The translations under genes were made by a program, and so were the position numbers. A DNA stretch of 64,000 bases from Phoronis australis (lineage: Eukaryota > Animalia > Phoronida). Location: assembly GCA_002633005.1 (NCBI GenBank), contig NMRA01000873.1:1-64000 (forward strand). Reading direction: 5' to 3'. This document shows, piece after piece, positions 24,901 to 37,705 of this stretch (positions within the stretch are counted from its first letter, which is position 1; each line of letters opens with the position of its first letter). A model generated the notes under the pieces. The model was not told where the DNA came from. It ran no database searches and worked only from the letters and a program-made list of their open reading frames with translations.

Positions 24901-27900
24901 CCCCCCCGTCGGGACCGATCCTTGACCAAGGAACGCCGCCGTTGGAATCTGTAAATTAACCCTTCCTTCGAAAATCCATCCCGATGTCCTCTTCTTTACA
25001 TATATACTGTGGATAGAACACTTTGTATTGCACGACAAAGAGCTGATCAGGTGAGCACATAGCCGAACTTCTATTAATTCCACCCGTGGGTACCGGCTAA
25101 TTAACTGGAAGTCGACGTCGGGAATTGCCGACTTCTAATAAAATCAAAATTACACAACACATTTTCTTGTTCGAATTCATGGATCTGGACAAACGTTAAT
25201 ATCTTCAAGATGTTAATCCTGTCCTACAGTAACCACAATGATGCCTTTTCGTCACCTATACCGGTTCATCAGATTGAGGTACGCGAAATGACTCGACCTA
25301 TGTACAGAAAGGACATTTGGTAACTTAATTAAAGTTGTTAATCTCTACCTGCCCTTAGACAAAAAACAGGAAGATTAGAGACACAAAGACACATAGTATG
25401 TTCAACACGTTAAAATGAGAAAATTTGCACCATTACAATCAAGCTTGTATGTGTGTTACTAAGTTTATTGTCACCTTCTGAGTGGAGTCAATCCACAAAC
25501 TTAGCTTCCATGGCTGAAACCCTACTCGACAGTATTGTCGCCAGTATTGTCCGAATGTGTAGGACACGAGGTGAACTGAAGTTTTCTGGAGTAAAGCCTA
25601 TGCTGAATGGGAGAGAATGTTTGCAGCTAAAATCCAACGATAGGGCAAATGTTTCAACTATTCATCCCCACAGTTTCGTATAAGAATCGTGTCTACCTCT
25701 CATCGGGTTTCTACCGATAGATGAAATCATCATTTGAACCCGTAACCTGTTCAAATGATGCTTGCGTTAAGGATAGAGATAATAAGTGTAAATCGAGAAC
25801 TTGTTTGCATAAGATGTCTTTTTGAAGTTATGTGATACTTCAAGGATTTCGGAGTGCCCAACGCTTCATCGATAGATCTGTAATCAGGACACTAGAATGT
25901 GAAAAGGTTTTTTTGATGTCTTATAGCTATGTAAAACATCGACTTTATAAATGACTTGGCATTGATTTAAACGCGCAATACTTAAGTTGTCGTAAAACAA
26001 AAAAGCCAGCAGACATTTTTATAAGCGTACATAGAGTGGTACTTAAGGGTAACGCTACGATAACTATGTCATTTTACACTTTGCTTTGGACGCTGGCATT
26101 TTTGTTGTTGACGCCGTTCTCGTAAACAACTGCGTTATCTTTGAATGTGGGGCACCATAAAAGTTTGGGAAGGGCTTAAGTTAGTGTGTCATATCCAGTC
26201 GTGCAAGGTACCGGCTGACATTTTGCGCATGCCCAATTACGAGAACAGGAAAAAAACAAAACGCCTTGATTAACAATATCCTGTATTATAAGGAAACAGT
26301 GGATTCCTAATAGGTTACGATGTCTACAATGTAGGCTTATCTTATAATTGAACATACCAATTCATTTGCAGTCGTTATCACGGGAGGCTGTCATTTTTTC
26401 GGTTGAAAGAAAAATGTGGTGCAGTTAAATTACGCATGACGAGTAATAAAACGAAAAGACCGCACATTTGTCCAGTAGCATTGATGTCAACTGAATTACG
26501 TGACCTACTAAAAAGTTACGCGCATGCTGTCACGATTCAATTTTTGTTGACGTATTTTGCATTCCGTTAACCATATAAATAAACGTTTACACGGGATGTT
26601 ACCGCCATAACCATTCATTAAAGTTTACCTTGGCTTGAGTGTATACACAAGGAAGGTATGTATAAACTTACTTTGCAATTTATATTACGTGGCGTCGGGT
26701 AAAGTCGTGACCATGATTTCACCTGATTCTACGATTTACAGCGACGAATTAATTGCGCGCTGTAGAAGAAATCACGATTAAAAATGTTTGATCGTAGTGA
26801 AACGTTATTTTGGGGATATTGGTTCCTACCGAATAAATTTCAGAAGTTTTTAGCTTACACTTTGTTTTTTTTAACTGAATTGGCTGCAATTAGAGTAACC
26901 TAAACATAACTATTACTTATTGTGTGTAGCAAATCCATGATAGATTTGTTGTTTTCATCAGTAGACCTAAAATGGAATCTTCGTGAAACCAGACAAATAA
27001 AAATGTATTGATGTCATTTTCTTAGTAAAATACTACAAAATTGAGCTGAAATTATATATTTTATTTAGTTCCACATTGACAGCAGTGAAGACGGGCCTAG
27101 CATGAAATTTGAGATAAAATAGACCTATGTCTTGCAGAGATAGTTGTATCTATTGTGAATATGATCCATGAAGCCTAGAAAGTTTGTCGAAAAACGTCTA
27201 AAATAATATACCTCTTGTGACGTTCAGCATTCGATATATTACATTTTTAACTGTGCACTCGGATGCAGTGGCTTCGCTGTCACACATAAGAGCTGTATTA
27301 CCAAGAAATAAAATCAAAGTTGGTAGTTGTTACACGATTGCGTGAGGTAATGTGTAATCGCTTATTGGTGGGAAATACAGACGTAAGGTGTCCCGACGAT
27401 CCTAGGAGCCGTTTTATCAAAGGTCCCACGTCTAGTCGTTGACACGTTAATTGAGGAGCCGACGCTATATTTTCGTAAGAGGGAAACATTCCCAATGACG
27501 TAAAAGTTCACATTCAAGCCGAACCCTCGGCTTCATAATGAATTGTTTGCCAATACAAATTTAAGATACGATCGCCTTGACTAAGATCCGGCGCGACGCA
27601 ATATTACAATTCGTCGTTTACACTTCCACAGAAGATGTGTTGGTGAAGTTTTACGTTATGTTGTTGTTCAGCAAAACAAGTCAGATCTACGGACAGAGAG
27701 AGACAGACAGAGAGACATACAGGCAGGCAGACGCACGGCGGTTCCGGGGTCTGAGAAGAAGCACCTCTTATGTACGGTGCATCAATTGTGTTCTGTAAAT
27801 AAATGAATGCTGTCGGGCACTTATCGTACCGCTTGTTATCAATAGAGATGCTGATGATTCACTAGATGTGCTAAAGATACATGCATGTGCAAATTTCATT

Positions 27901-28855
27901 TTTTTAGTATTATTGAGAGATGTGTTAACTCATTTACTAATTTTGTTTATTTACCCATTCAATGATTTTCTTTCACGACATTTCATATACTCATCCTGTT
28001 CAACTCTTTCTAAGCCCTTCGTAATTGTATCTAACATCTTGCATTTTCTAATGCATTATATTACATTGTGTGTTATTTTTGTGATTTGTATCGACCACCA
28101 TGAAAATAAGCGTTTAACTTTCTGTTGTTTTCCTAGCAACATGCCTGTCAATATTTTTAACTTATTCTAATCATGTACTTATTATTTGTCTTCATAAATA
28201 TTTCTGTATCATTCAACATGGGTGTTATCAAATAAACAAACCAATTCAAGTAAAAATAAATCCTTTCGATCTGACAATGGGTTTTTGGACAGATTACGCA
28301 GCTTGTGTGGAGGCATTAGATGTCACGGACATATCCATGCGACGACAATCGCTTGGGTATAGTGGAAATAAACTATTAGTTACGTGTTTTTAGTGTTATT
28401 TCATGTTGGTATTTGAACGTTTCATGAAACGGAACAGACATGGTACGTTTTCACCTGTTTAGCACACAATTTGGCCGACAAGTGAACTTCTATATCCTTG
28501 TCAGTTTTTCACAAAAATAAGGAATAAGAAAAGTTTATTCTATTGCTATGCGTGGTATATGCTGTGTAGAGTTTATAAAACAACTAGGTGTACAAGAGCC
28601 AGCCTTTGAAAGTTTGAAAAATGACAGTTTTAGTAATGATTTTTGTGCTAAATAAATGAAGAATTACCTTACAGTGTTCTATTCATGGGGCAATGAATTC
28701 GATTTTCTCCCAACCAGATCGCAGTAGATCTGTCTTTTGCTCGAAATGCCTACCTGGCCGTTCTCTTTTTTAGTATTTACAGCCTGTGTTCCAGTCATGA
28801 ATTCGTCGGTGGGATTTTCGCAAGTAACCTAACATGTCCATTGCTTCTTTCAGCC

Positions 28856-31800
28856 ATGACGTCACTGAGTCTGGTGGGATTTTTTATGCTAGCAAATGGT
28901 AAGTAACGCTATCACTGATTTATAAGTCGCTTAGGGTAAAAAATAAATGAGGCTTGTAGCTATGCACTAGGCTACAAACACATTTAACGTGAGCTTGTGT
29001 ATAAGCAATTTATTGCTTGATAGTGAAATCAAATAGATGTTGCAATACCGTGCAGTTACCGACGAAAGAAATATAAAATAGTAAAACTAGTAAAACTAAA
29101 ATGACGAGCGTCGGTACTAAAATATATTAAAATATCCCCACGTACTCTTGAGAAAGAGCGCACCGCTCGATACGTGGGGATATTTTAATATGTTTTAGTA
29201 CCGACGCTCGTCACTTTAGTTTTACTAGTTTTGCTTGATAGTGTTAATCAACACTTATGCTAGAACGTACACGTCACTATGGAAAAACATTTAGAACTTT
29301 TATTGCGTTATCCCAGATCTTCCACTCAAACCACGTTGATGTCAGAAAAAATTCGGAGAAAATTTTAAAAATCATTTGACAGCGTTCATATCTATCGTAA
29401 AAATTCTGCAAAAAATCGTCGGCTTCCATGAACCAAATTGAAAACAATTGCGAGTGTAGAGCAGATATCAACCGAATGAGTCAGTTTTTGAAAATGTTAA
29501 TTTTGAATATTACGTCCATTTGTTGGCATTTTACTGCTTAGGTACAAACCCTTCTGGTTTTCGTCTCCATTGAAAATTGTAATATATGCACAATTACACA
29601 ATTACAATTAATTTGTAGTGCTCCTAAGATGGGATTTTTAAATCAAAACGATAAACATGACACGTGACTAAACGCGGCTGCAAACCCCGTTTATTTAGAC
29701 CACATGTCACTGTAAAACTGTCTCTCGTTCAATAACGCTGGGACCTCGCTAAAAAGCAAGACCTCGCGAGATTACGTGAGATATTGCCGTGTACTTTAAA
29801 TATGAACACGTGACTTTGGCTAGATTTTTGCTAGTTCCTAGCGTAGGTCCTAGTATTACTGAACGCACGCCTGTTGTCGACTTTTCCTAACTCACATGAG
29901 AAGTGGTTTCTGGACTTTTCGATATTCCTGGAGACAATCACGGGCGTCGCACCATAGGGGGCTGGGGGGGCTATAGCTCTCTACTTTATTCAGTACTACG
30001 CCACACATGGTCAATAGGCGGTGCACCATAGGGGGGCTAAGGGGGCTTTACCCCCCAAATTTTTTCAGTGCTGCGCCGCCTATGATTTATGGCCGTCGTA
30101 TGAAATAACCCGCCGTAATAACTTGTGGAGCCAGTCGTTCTCAAGCAATAATCAACCGTCGACTCGTTTCAAGAAAATTCAAGTCGCCTGAATTAGTGTT
30201 TATGGCGGACGGAGGGTATACAGCAATTTTAATTCTTTCAGTTGGTGCATTTGTAAACAACTTACTAAATAGATCTCGTACGTTCTTACGGATAAATTCA
30301 ATCCTCAACAACACGAGGTAAATGCGGTGTTCTTAATGGTTTATTACAACACTTAGATCTCCCGCCAACATTCACTGATATCAAATACCTACAAACGCCT
30401 AACGGAAAAAGAAAAATGTGTGAGAAACGGCCATTTGTGTATACATGTATGTAGAGACACGACCTTTCAAGATAAAAAGTACAAATGGGTGTATATGCTT
30501 ACGCGCAAATAGGTAACTTGATTAGTGATAACGTATCTGTCACTATTGTGTCACATCACATTTTCAAAAATTTTGCGGGTCTTGGATTTTTACGATTCAT
30601 GTAACCAAAGGGACAATTCAGCCCTTGAAGGCTATACGAAATTATGTTTGGATTAATCGGTGTACTCAGACAGTTGAGAAGCTAGATAACCAGGGTCCAG
30701 TTGCATAAAAGTTATACGCAGCATAGCAACAATGACGTCGCATTATCACGCGCCACATTGTTATTTTTGAACAATTTACCAGTCGTCACAAAACAATCAA
30801 ACTTATCCAGCGGATAATTTTGAAGTTTCATGCAACCCAGCCCAGGTCTATAGCCATGTAATGATGTCCCACGTCCTTAGTAATTTACAGTGACAAGTAA
30901 ACCCGGTCTTATTATTATTACTGTTCGTAATAAAAATTGTTTGTAATTTTGGCATTTTAATTTTATTCGACTGGGTTCGAAACGTCAAAATGCCGTCATA
31001 CTAAAAAAGCGAAAAGTGCGTTTTTACATTATTCGCGCACATGAATTTTTCTTGAACAAATTCATGCAATATTTTCTTCTGGAATTTTGATTCCGGAAAA
31101 AATTCCGCTTAAAAGACTTGCATGAGCTGGTCTTATTCTTTCACATGTATAACGTATTCTAAATTTAATCGTAAGTGTTAATCTTCTTTTTCTTTTTTTC
31201 AGGTGTATTTTCTGTGTTTGCAGGACTTATCGTGAAACGGGAAGCCATCGGTCAAGGTAAGAATTTTTACCCATAATTTTATTTCGCAGACAGACGAGTA
31301 CAAATTGCATTTTAATGTTTAAAAATTTTATTCTAGGTCAAATAATACAAAGAGCTGTCAAACCTACTTTCACTCGTTACATGGACACAACGCAGGTTTC
31401 TTTATTTAATCTGCTCATGAATTTTTTAGTTAAAATTATGAACTACTAAATTAAAATTCAACATATGGTTCATTAATAGTTTCCAATACAAAACTATTAT
31501 TGACGACTGTGCAATGCAAGATTAGACATGATTTTCATGGTACCTATTCTAAAAATTAGCTAATCCGGAATGTGGCCTCTCTTTAGTCTTACAAGGGAAT
31601 TTCATTAAAATTTTTACCTCTTGCCATAAAGAACAATTAAAATTTTTATGCCAAAATTTAACAAAACATCAATTCCGGCTCAGAATACCTTATGAGTCTG
31701 AACGTTAAAATACGAGATAACTGCCTTGGCTGAACAATGTTGAGGCGTTGTAACTAATATCCACCACTATCGGGTCGTTCACAGTCCTGTCAGAGTGTGA

Positions 31801-34051
31801 TTTGAGCGTCATGCCTACTAGAAAACTCGAGCTCAATGTACAAAAAAACTTTGTATTCGAAAAGTTGGAGTCAACAAAACCCATTCCCTCTCGCTCTCAA
31901 CGGGTTTGCAACGTGCCATGCAACTCAGGGCTGCTCCGAATATACCTTCCATTGATTCTGCAGGAGGATGGTGCAAAGCTTACGGTAGCCTGTATATCAT
32001 ATCAAACAAAGATTGCACGTGCTTCCGCCAGGAAGACATCAGCACAGGCAACTACGATTACCTAAAATGCCCATGGATGACGGTATTCAGCACAGACACG
32101 TGCACTTGTGACTGGAAACAACGAGTTCAGTGTTCTCAGCCTTCCTCCAGGGATGTTTGTTCAAAGGTGGAGGTGGGTTCATTAAAGCACAAAAGTATCC
32201 CGTGTTGCTGCTGTGAGCGAATAATATTGACAGTGCTCCAGCCGGAAACATAGGAAAACGAAATACACACTCGGTTCTGTTGAAGTTGATTTCAGAAAAA
32301 TGTTCTCAATGAGGAAATAGAAATATTTAGCACGACGAGAAATTTGATTATTTTTTCAGTCAGTTAAAAAGATAGAGCTGCCCTAAATTACGCTGTCTGC
32401 TATTTTCATACTATTACCTGTTCAATTGCTTTAACGTATCAACATGGAAACTTCAAATCACCCATATAGGCTATAACCAACTTTTGCTTTTGGCCGCAGG
32501 AACACGCAGTGACGACACCAGGTCCAGCACCTGACCTCGAGAAGCTCTCTGAAGCAACCGGGCGATTCAACGCAGTTCTGATGTCCCTCCTTATGTCTGG
32601 CGCCAACAAAAGTAGAAATGTTGTGATATCTCCCTTTAGCATTCACACAGTTTTGGCAATGGTCTACGAGGGCGCCCTTGGACGTACAAGATCTGAAATG
32701 AACGACGCCATGTATTACGGAATTGTTCCAGATCTCAAATTATCCTACAATCAGTTGCTGTTGGAACTGAATTCACCTTCCAATACTACCATACTGACTG
32801 CAAATAGGATATATCATCAGCAAACCTTCACTTTCCTTAGCAGTTACTTGCAGGTAAATAACCAAATAAAGTGTTTATAATTGTATTGAGAGCTGTCATT
32901 TTCCTAATGTAACAATTACCTTGAGACATTTCGTTTTGCACAATGTGAGTGTCAATTGTTTTGATTTAAGTTTCGACGCCTCAAAAAATCGTATACTGAA
33001 AGCCAAGTAAACACTTCTCGTTGTTTACTGTTGTATTGGCCGTTTTCACTTCACGAAGTGATTGTCACCATAGATCCAAGTGAATTCAGTACCGAAGTCA
33101 ACCATTGTCACTTGACCTTTGAACCTAGCAGCGGTTCGTATCATGTTACAGAAGTGTCAATTCTGGATTGTTTGAAATTATTGGGTAAACATTTTTGTTC
33201 TGAAAGATCCTTATTGTTATTATTCACTGAAAATTCCATTTTTAATTTTCTAGGTAGTTCGTGATTATTACCTGTCAGATGTCGTACCCAGCGACTTCAT
33301 TACGAAACCCGACATAGTCAGGCAGGAAATTAACAAGTGGGTAAAACAGCAAACGGCCGGATTCATTAAAGATCTTTTACCTCCACGATCTATCACACCA
33401 CTAACTGCCATGGTGCTTGTGAATGCACTGTACTTTAAAGGGTTCTGGGAAAAACCCTTCCACCCAAACAACACTACAGCGCAGGATTTCTACATCGAAC
33501 AAAATCAACTCGTTACTGTCGACATGATGGCTCAAGTGCAAATGTACAAATATGTCTCGACGAAAGATTATCAGGCTGTGTTGCTACCATACCAAGGAGG
33601 TCACTTAGCTATGTCGATCATTCTACCACGTGACTTTGCAGCTCTGGAGAGACTATCTCAGGCTTTCACCTATGACGTCATAAACAATATTCAAAAAGCT
33701 TTAGCAGCACAAAAAGAAGAGCCTGTAAAGCTTTTGCTGCCAAAGTTTAAAGTTGAAACGAAGTACGATTTGGTGCAAACTCTTTCTGCAATGGGGATGC
33801 CGACATTGTTTTCGAGCACAGCAGATTTGTCCGGAATGAATGGTAGAGGTGGATTGTTTGTATCGAAGGTGATTCACCAGGCTGTAGTTGACGTCAGCGA
33901 AGAAGGCACTGAGGGAGCGGCCGCCACTGCAGTGGTAGTCGTACGGGGTCGGCTTCCGCCGGAAATGAAGGTCAACCGGCCATTCTTCTTCCTCATTTCG
34001 GTAGTTAAGACTAACCACATTTTATTTGCAGGCAGGATAAGCCGACCTTGA
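28856..34051 (+). CDS. Secreted serpin with N-terminal chitin-binding type-2 (peritrophin-A/CBM14-like) domain; 5 coding exons, ~485 aa
   Basis: Exons 28856-28898, 31203-31256, 31964-32172 (alternative donor 32166), 32500-32853, 33254-34051; all GT-AG with consistent phases 1,1,0,0; total 1458 nt. Signal peptide MTSLSLVGFFMLANGVFSVFA; CPWMTVFSTDTCTCDWKQRVQC; serpin motifs NVVISPFSI, INKWVKQQT, LVNALYFKGFW, EEGTEGAAAT, VNRPFFF. Confidence 0.88.
29083..29232. repeat. Palindromic MITE-like hairpin in serpin intron 1
   Basis: ~62-bp near-perfect arms (aaaactagtaaaactaaa...ccccacgta / tacgtgggg...tttagttttactagtttt); 13-bp direct repeat ttgcttgatagtg at 29013 and 29231. Confidence 0.85.
30694..30842. 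mobile_element. Degenerate Harbinger-type MITE
   Basis: Imperfect TIR ggtccagttgcataaaa / tttcatgcaacccagcc flanked by CAG on both sides. Confidence 0.4.
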
Positions 34052-37000
34052 GACCTCGTTTGATTCCATTTGAGAAGCGCGTACTCGTATGCATGCAAAT
34101 GTAAACATCTCTAAATTATGGAATTTGAGTCTTAGGAATTTTATTGCTCTAGAGCATCATGAAAATAATTTTGTTGAACATAAATCGAGAGGCCTACACA
34201 GATACATGTACTAATTAGACTGGTCACGTGACAACAGAAGCCGCCAGGTCGCATGTGTTATCTGCTATACAGATCCTGTAGTTGGATATTTGGTCTGCAA
34301 CAACTCATTTCTTGATGATCTTCTTCAAATTTCACAAACCATTCTGATTTCATAAAACGAGCAATTCTACTGGTCAGTTGTTTGACAGGTCAGGAGATCA
34401 TCTACTAATGAAAGGCAAGCAGCTTACTAGTAGGCTCAGGACCTTACTCGTGTACACTAGCAAAATGGCCGCCAATGAAGTGACTGGTCAGTGACATAAC
34501 CATGGATGCTCATGAGAGCGAATTCTGAAAATTTAGCCTCAACTTGTGTCTCTGCAATTACCAGATGTAACTCAAAATGAATAAAATCTCTCTACTCTCC
34601 CTACGCCTCACTTGTCAAAGACTTATCACCAATGTATTGAATGCGTAATAACCTAGTTTGCAGATGAAAGCGGGTATATATGAAATATGTGCATGGTAAT
34701 TAAACAGGTTATCTGAAATGTTCTTAGTTATTTTCTCATTGCTTTAGTTTTGTTTTGAATAGATAAACAGCATGACAAGTGAATTTCCTGAATAAGAAAA
34801 GCACACAAAAGCTGACGAGCAACGAAAATGGTTGCTGAACATACGCTCCACACAACTGACTATTTCCGAAAAATAATTTGATCTCGTTCAGCAAAAGCAG
34901 TATCTTAGAATTACCAACCTTATTAATTTGATAATTTGCGAAAACTTACCATTAACTGTGATGTACTAACAATTATTAATTGCAAAAACCTGTTTCAACA
35001 ACAGCAAAGTGGGAGCGCAAGACGGATTATCTGAATTATGACAATTTCTACGAAACAGGCTACGCACGCTATGTTAACGAGTGTTATGGTGAAGTGCTGA
35101 ACATATTGACTACTTACTAGCTAGTTATCCTGATATAAGATATTGCAGCCGCGAAATCTCGTCGTCACACTTAATTCAGTTACCATTATTAAGAGGGAAA
35201 ATGGTGACAAAAGAAGATGCAGCTGGGAAACAGGCCGAGGTAATCACACTTTTATTAAGGAAACTGATTTTGTTTTGGAGGAGCTTGAAATAAATAGGCA
35301 CACTTTCTAGGTTCAATTTTTCAGCAGTAACATCAAACAGATACGTAGTTGTTCTGAACCACTTACAGTAACACATTTTGTACCTTAAAAAATAAAAAAC
35401 GCGGCATTGGCCTAACAGATCAACAGCTACCCTCAAATCCAATTCTCCAAAACAAAATTGTGCAATGTAAGCCTTTAAAACCACCAAAAGTGTCGAGCAA
35501 ATTTTGAAATCTCCTTTTCAAGTCCGCTAAATGGGTAAACGTGACCTACGGTATAATTTTAGACAAGTTACAAGACAGTTGTATCCGTTCTGTGACACAT
35601 TGAGTACCGGTAAGTGTTCTAGTTGATACCAGCTTTTATCACTCAAGTGAGACGCCAATGGTGTATTTGTAGCAGGCAGAACAATTAGTTGAAATCACTA
35701 AAACAGAGTTCGCTATACTTTTAAGGAAAATTTCCACTAAGAAATAAATTTGAAAAAGGTGGACCCTATCTTTGCAATCGTGGATAAATTCTGGGAAGAA
35801 ATGTACCCTTCGGGGTTGTACACTCAGAATGCACCGGCCACATAATTAAATGCCACTGGAAAGGAAACAACACGCTACGTTCAGCTCCGTTCAGGCAACC
35901 CGGAATGGATTTAGCATGACTGATAAGTAGCAGTCACAAATTAAACCCCACTCACCCCGATCACATGTAAACAGCACCTTACCATATCTTTTGTGTTTGC
36001 AATAAACCTAATCTGGCGCAAAAACAAAATTTACAAGCCTTTATGAATAGGCTTGACTTGCTGCTTGATTGGGGCGTACATTGGTGTCTCCAGAACTCAT
36101 TTGATGTGCTAAGAGACAAAAAACCTGGCCTAGCCTAGTTTTGTTGTACCACGGCCTGTAAACGCTATTTCAACGTCATGGGAATTGTTTTCACTTTCCA
36201 ACAGGCCTGGATTTTTATGAGATGAAAAGCACTTTTGAAACACGTCAACAGCGCGTTAACCAATTAGGAGGGGCCGAATTCTTCAAAGTGAAACCTCGAA
36301 ATCGAACACGAAATTGCTATCCACGTAAGCAGTTATGAGCCCAAGAATAAAATATTATCTTGAGTTCACACAAAAGTAGAATAGAAAACTCCAAAAATAA
36401 TTTTGAGTTTGATTTCGAGTAAAAAGATTAGACCTTTAGCCAATGTCAGTTCGATGCCACAGAACATTGGAGTTAACTATTAACAAATTTAGGATTGTGA
36501 TATAGTTATTAATCTGTTCTAAGTAAGGTATAACAATCAATTCTAAAATGTGAGGAAACATTATAACGATATTTTCTTACATCACAAGAAGGAAACAATG
36601 GCGGATCAGTCGAAATACACTTATCTGAACCACAGGCGTCCTCAGCTTCTGATCGTCCCCAATACACTATATATAATACTAAAAGGTATGTCACTCGGGA
36701 CTAGGAATTCCACGGGTGCTTCATTTCAGTCGTCCTTATAAAACACAGAACTCAATAAATTTACACAAAACAGGGGTTCAACAAACTAATAGCAATTGTT
36801 CTTTCTTCTAATACCATTTTCGGTGTCCTGCTCCAGCGAGTTCGCAACATATTCGCGGTCAAAGCACAAAAATCTTCCCAAAAACTCCATGCGTACTAAC
36901 TACTTTGTCACCAAAAATTGCCGATTTATTACGGAAAGTCACGACATCGATGACTCCACACTATTTTCAAAGATAATAAAATCTTTGCTATTTTGTAACC

Positions 37001-37705
37001 TTCCGTGATGAACTGGCAATATGCCGTCTATCCGTAACTCATCGGATAATTCCGTACCGTACTTGGCCTTGAACGGACTCGTATAGTGTATTGGGGACGA
37101 CCAAAAGCTGAAAATGCCCGTGATATGAACGCTGTCTAGGGCCATGGGCCGACTTATATCCGACGAAGTGTTTCATCCACTTATCGCGCATGCGCATCCA
37201 GATTTTTCCTCGCACTGTCCGATTCGATTTTAGTGTCGGCCAGTAACACACTCTTCTGTTTTATTTTCATGGAGGCTCGCCTCATAATGCGTTTGGCTAC
37301 ACCAGTGTGAACATTACGTTTTCAAAAATTAATGCTACTTACAACCCAGTATTCACGCAAAGCCGGATTGTAAGGTTGAAAACATAACGTGATGAGACTG
37401 CGCTAATATTCGTTAGTATAAATGAACCAACAAAAACGCCCTCCTTTTAAAGTTGTGTTCAAAAAAGAAACTTTTTCAAGTGGGTCTACGCGTATGCTGA
37501 AGGTGTTTACTGCTTTGCATGGAGTCGACTGCATGAATTATGTCTCAAGGTCAGAGCTTCCGATTTCTGAATCAGGCTTGCATGTCGTGCACTGATAGTA
37601 TTTGCACGTGCACGTTACTTCTTAACCATATTATCAGCTACAGCATAGTAGAAAAACATTATACAGTGATAATCATGGCAATGGTCTTGGGACCAAAGTT
37701 AACGG

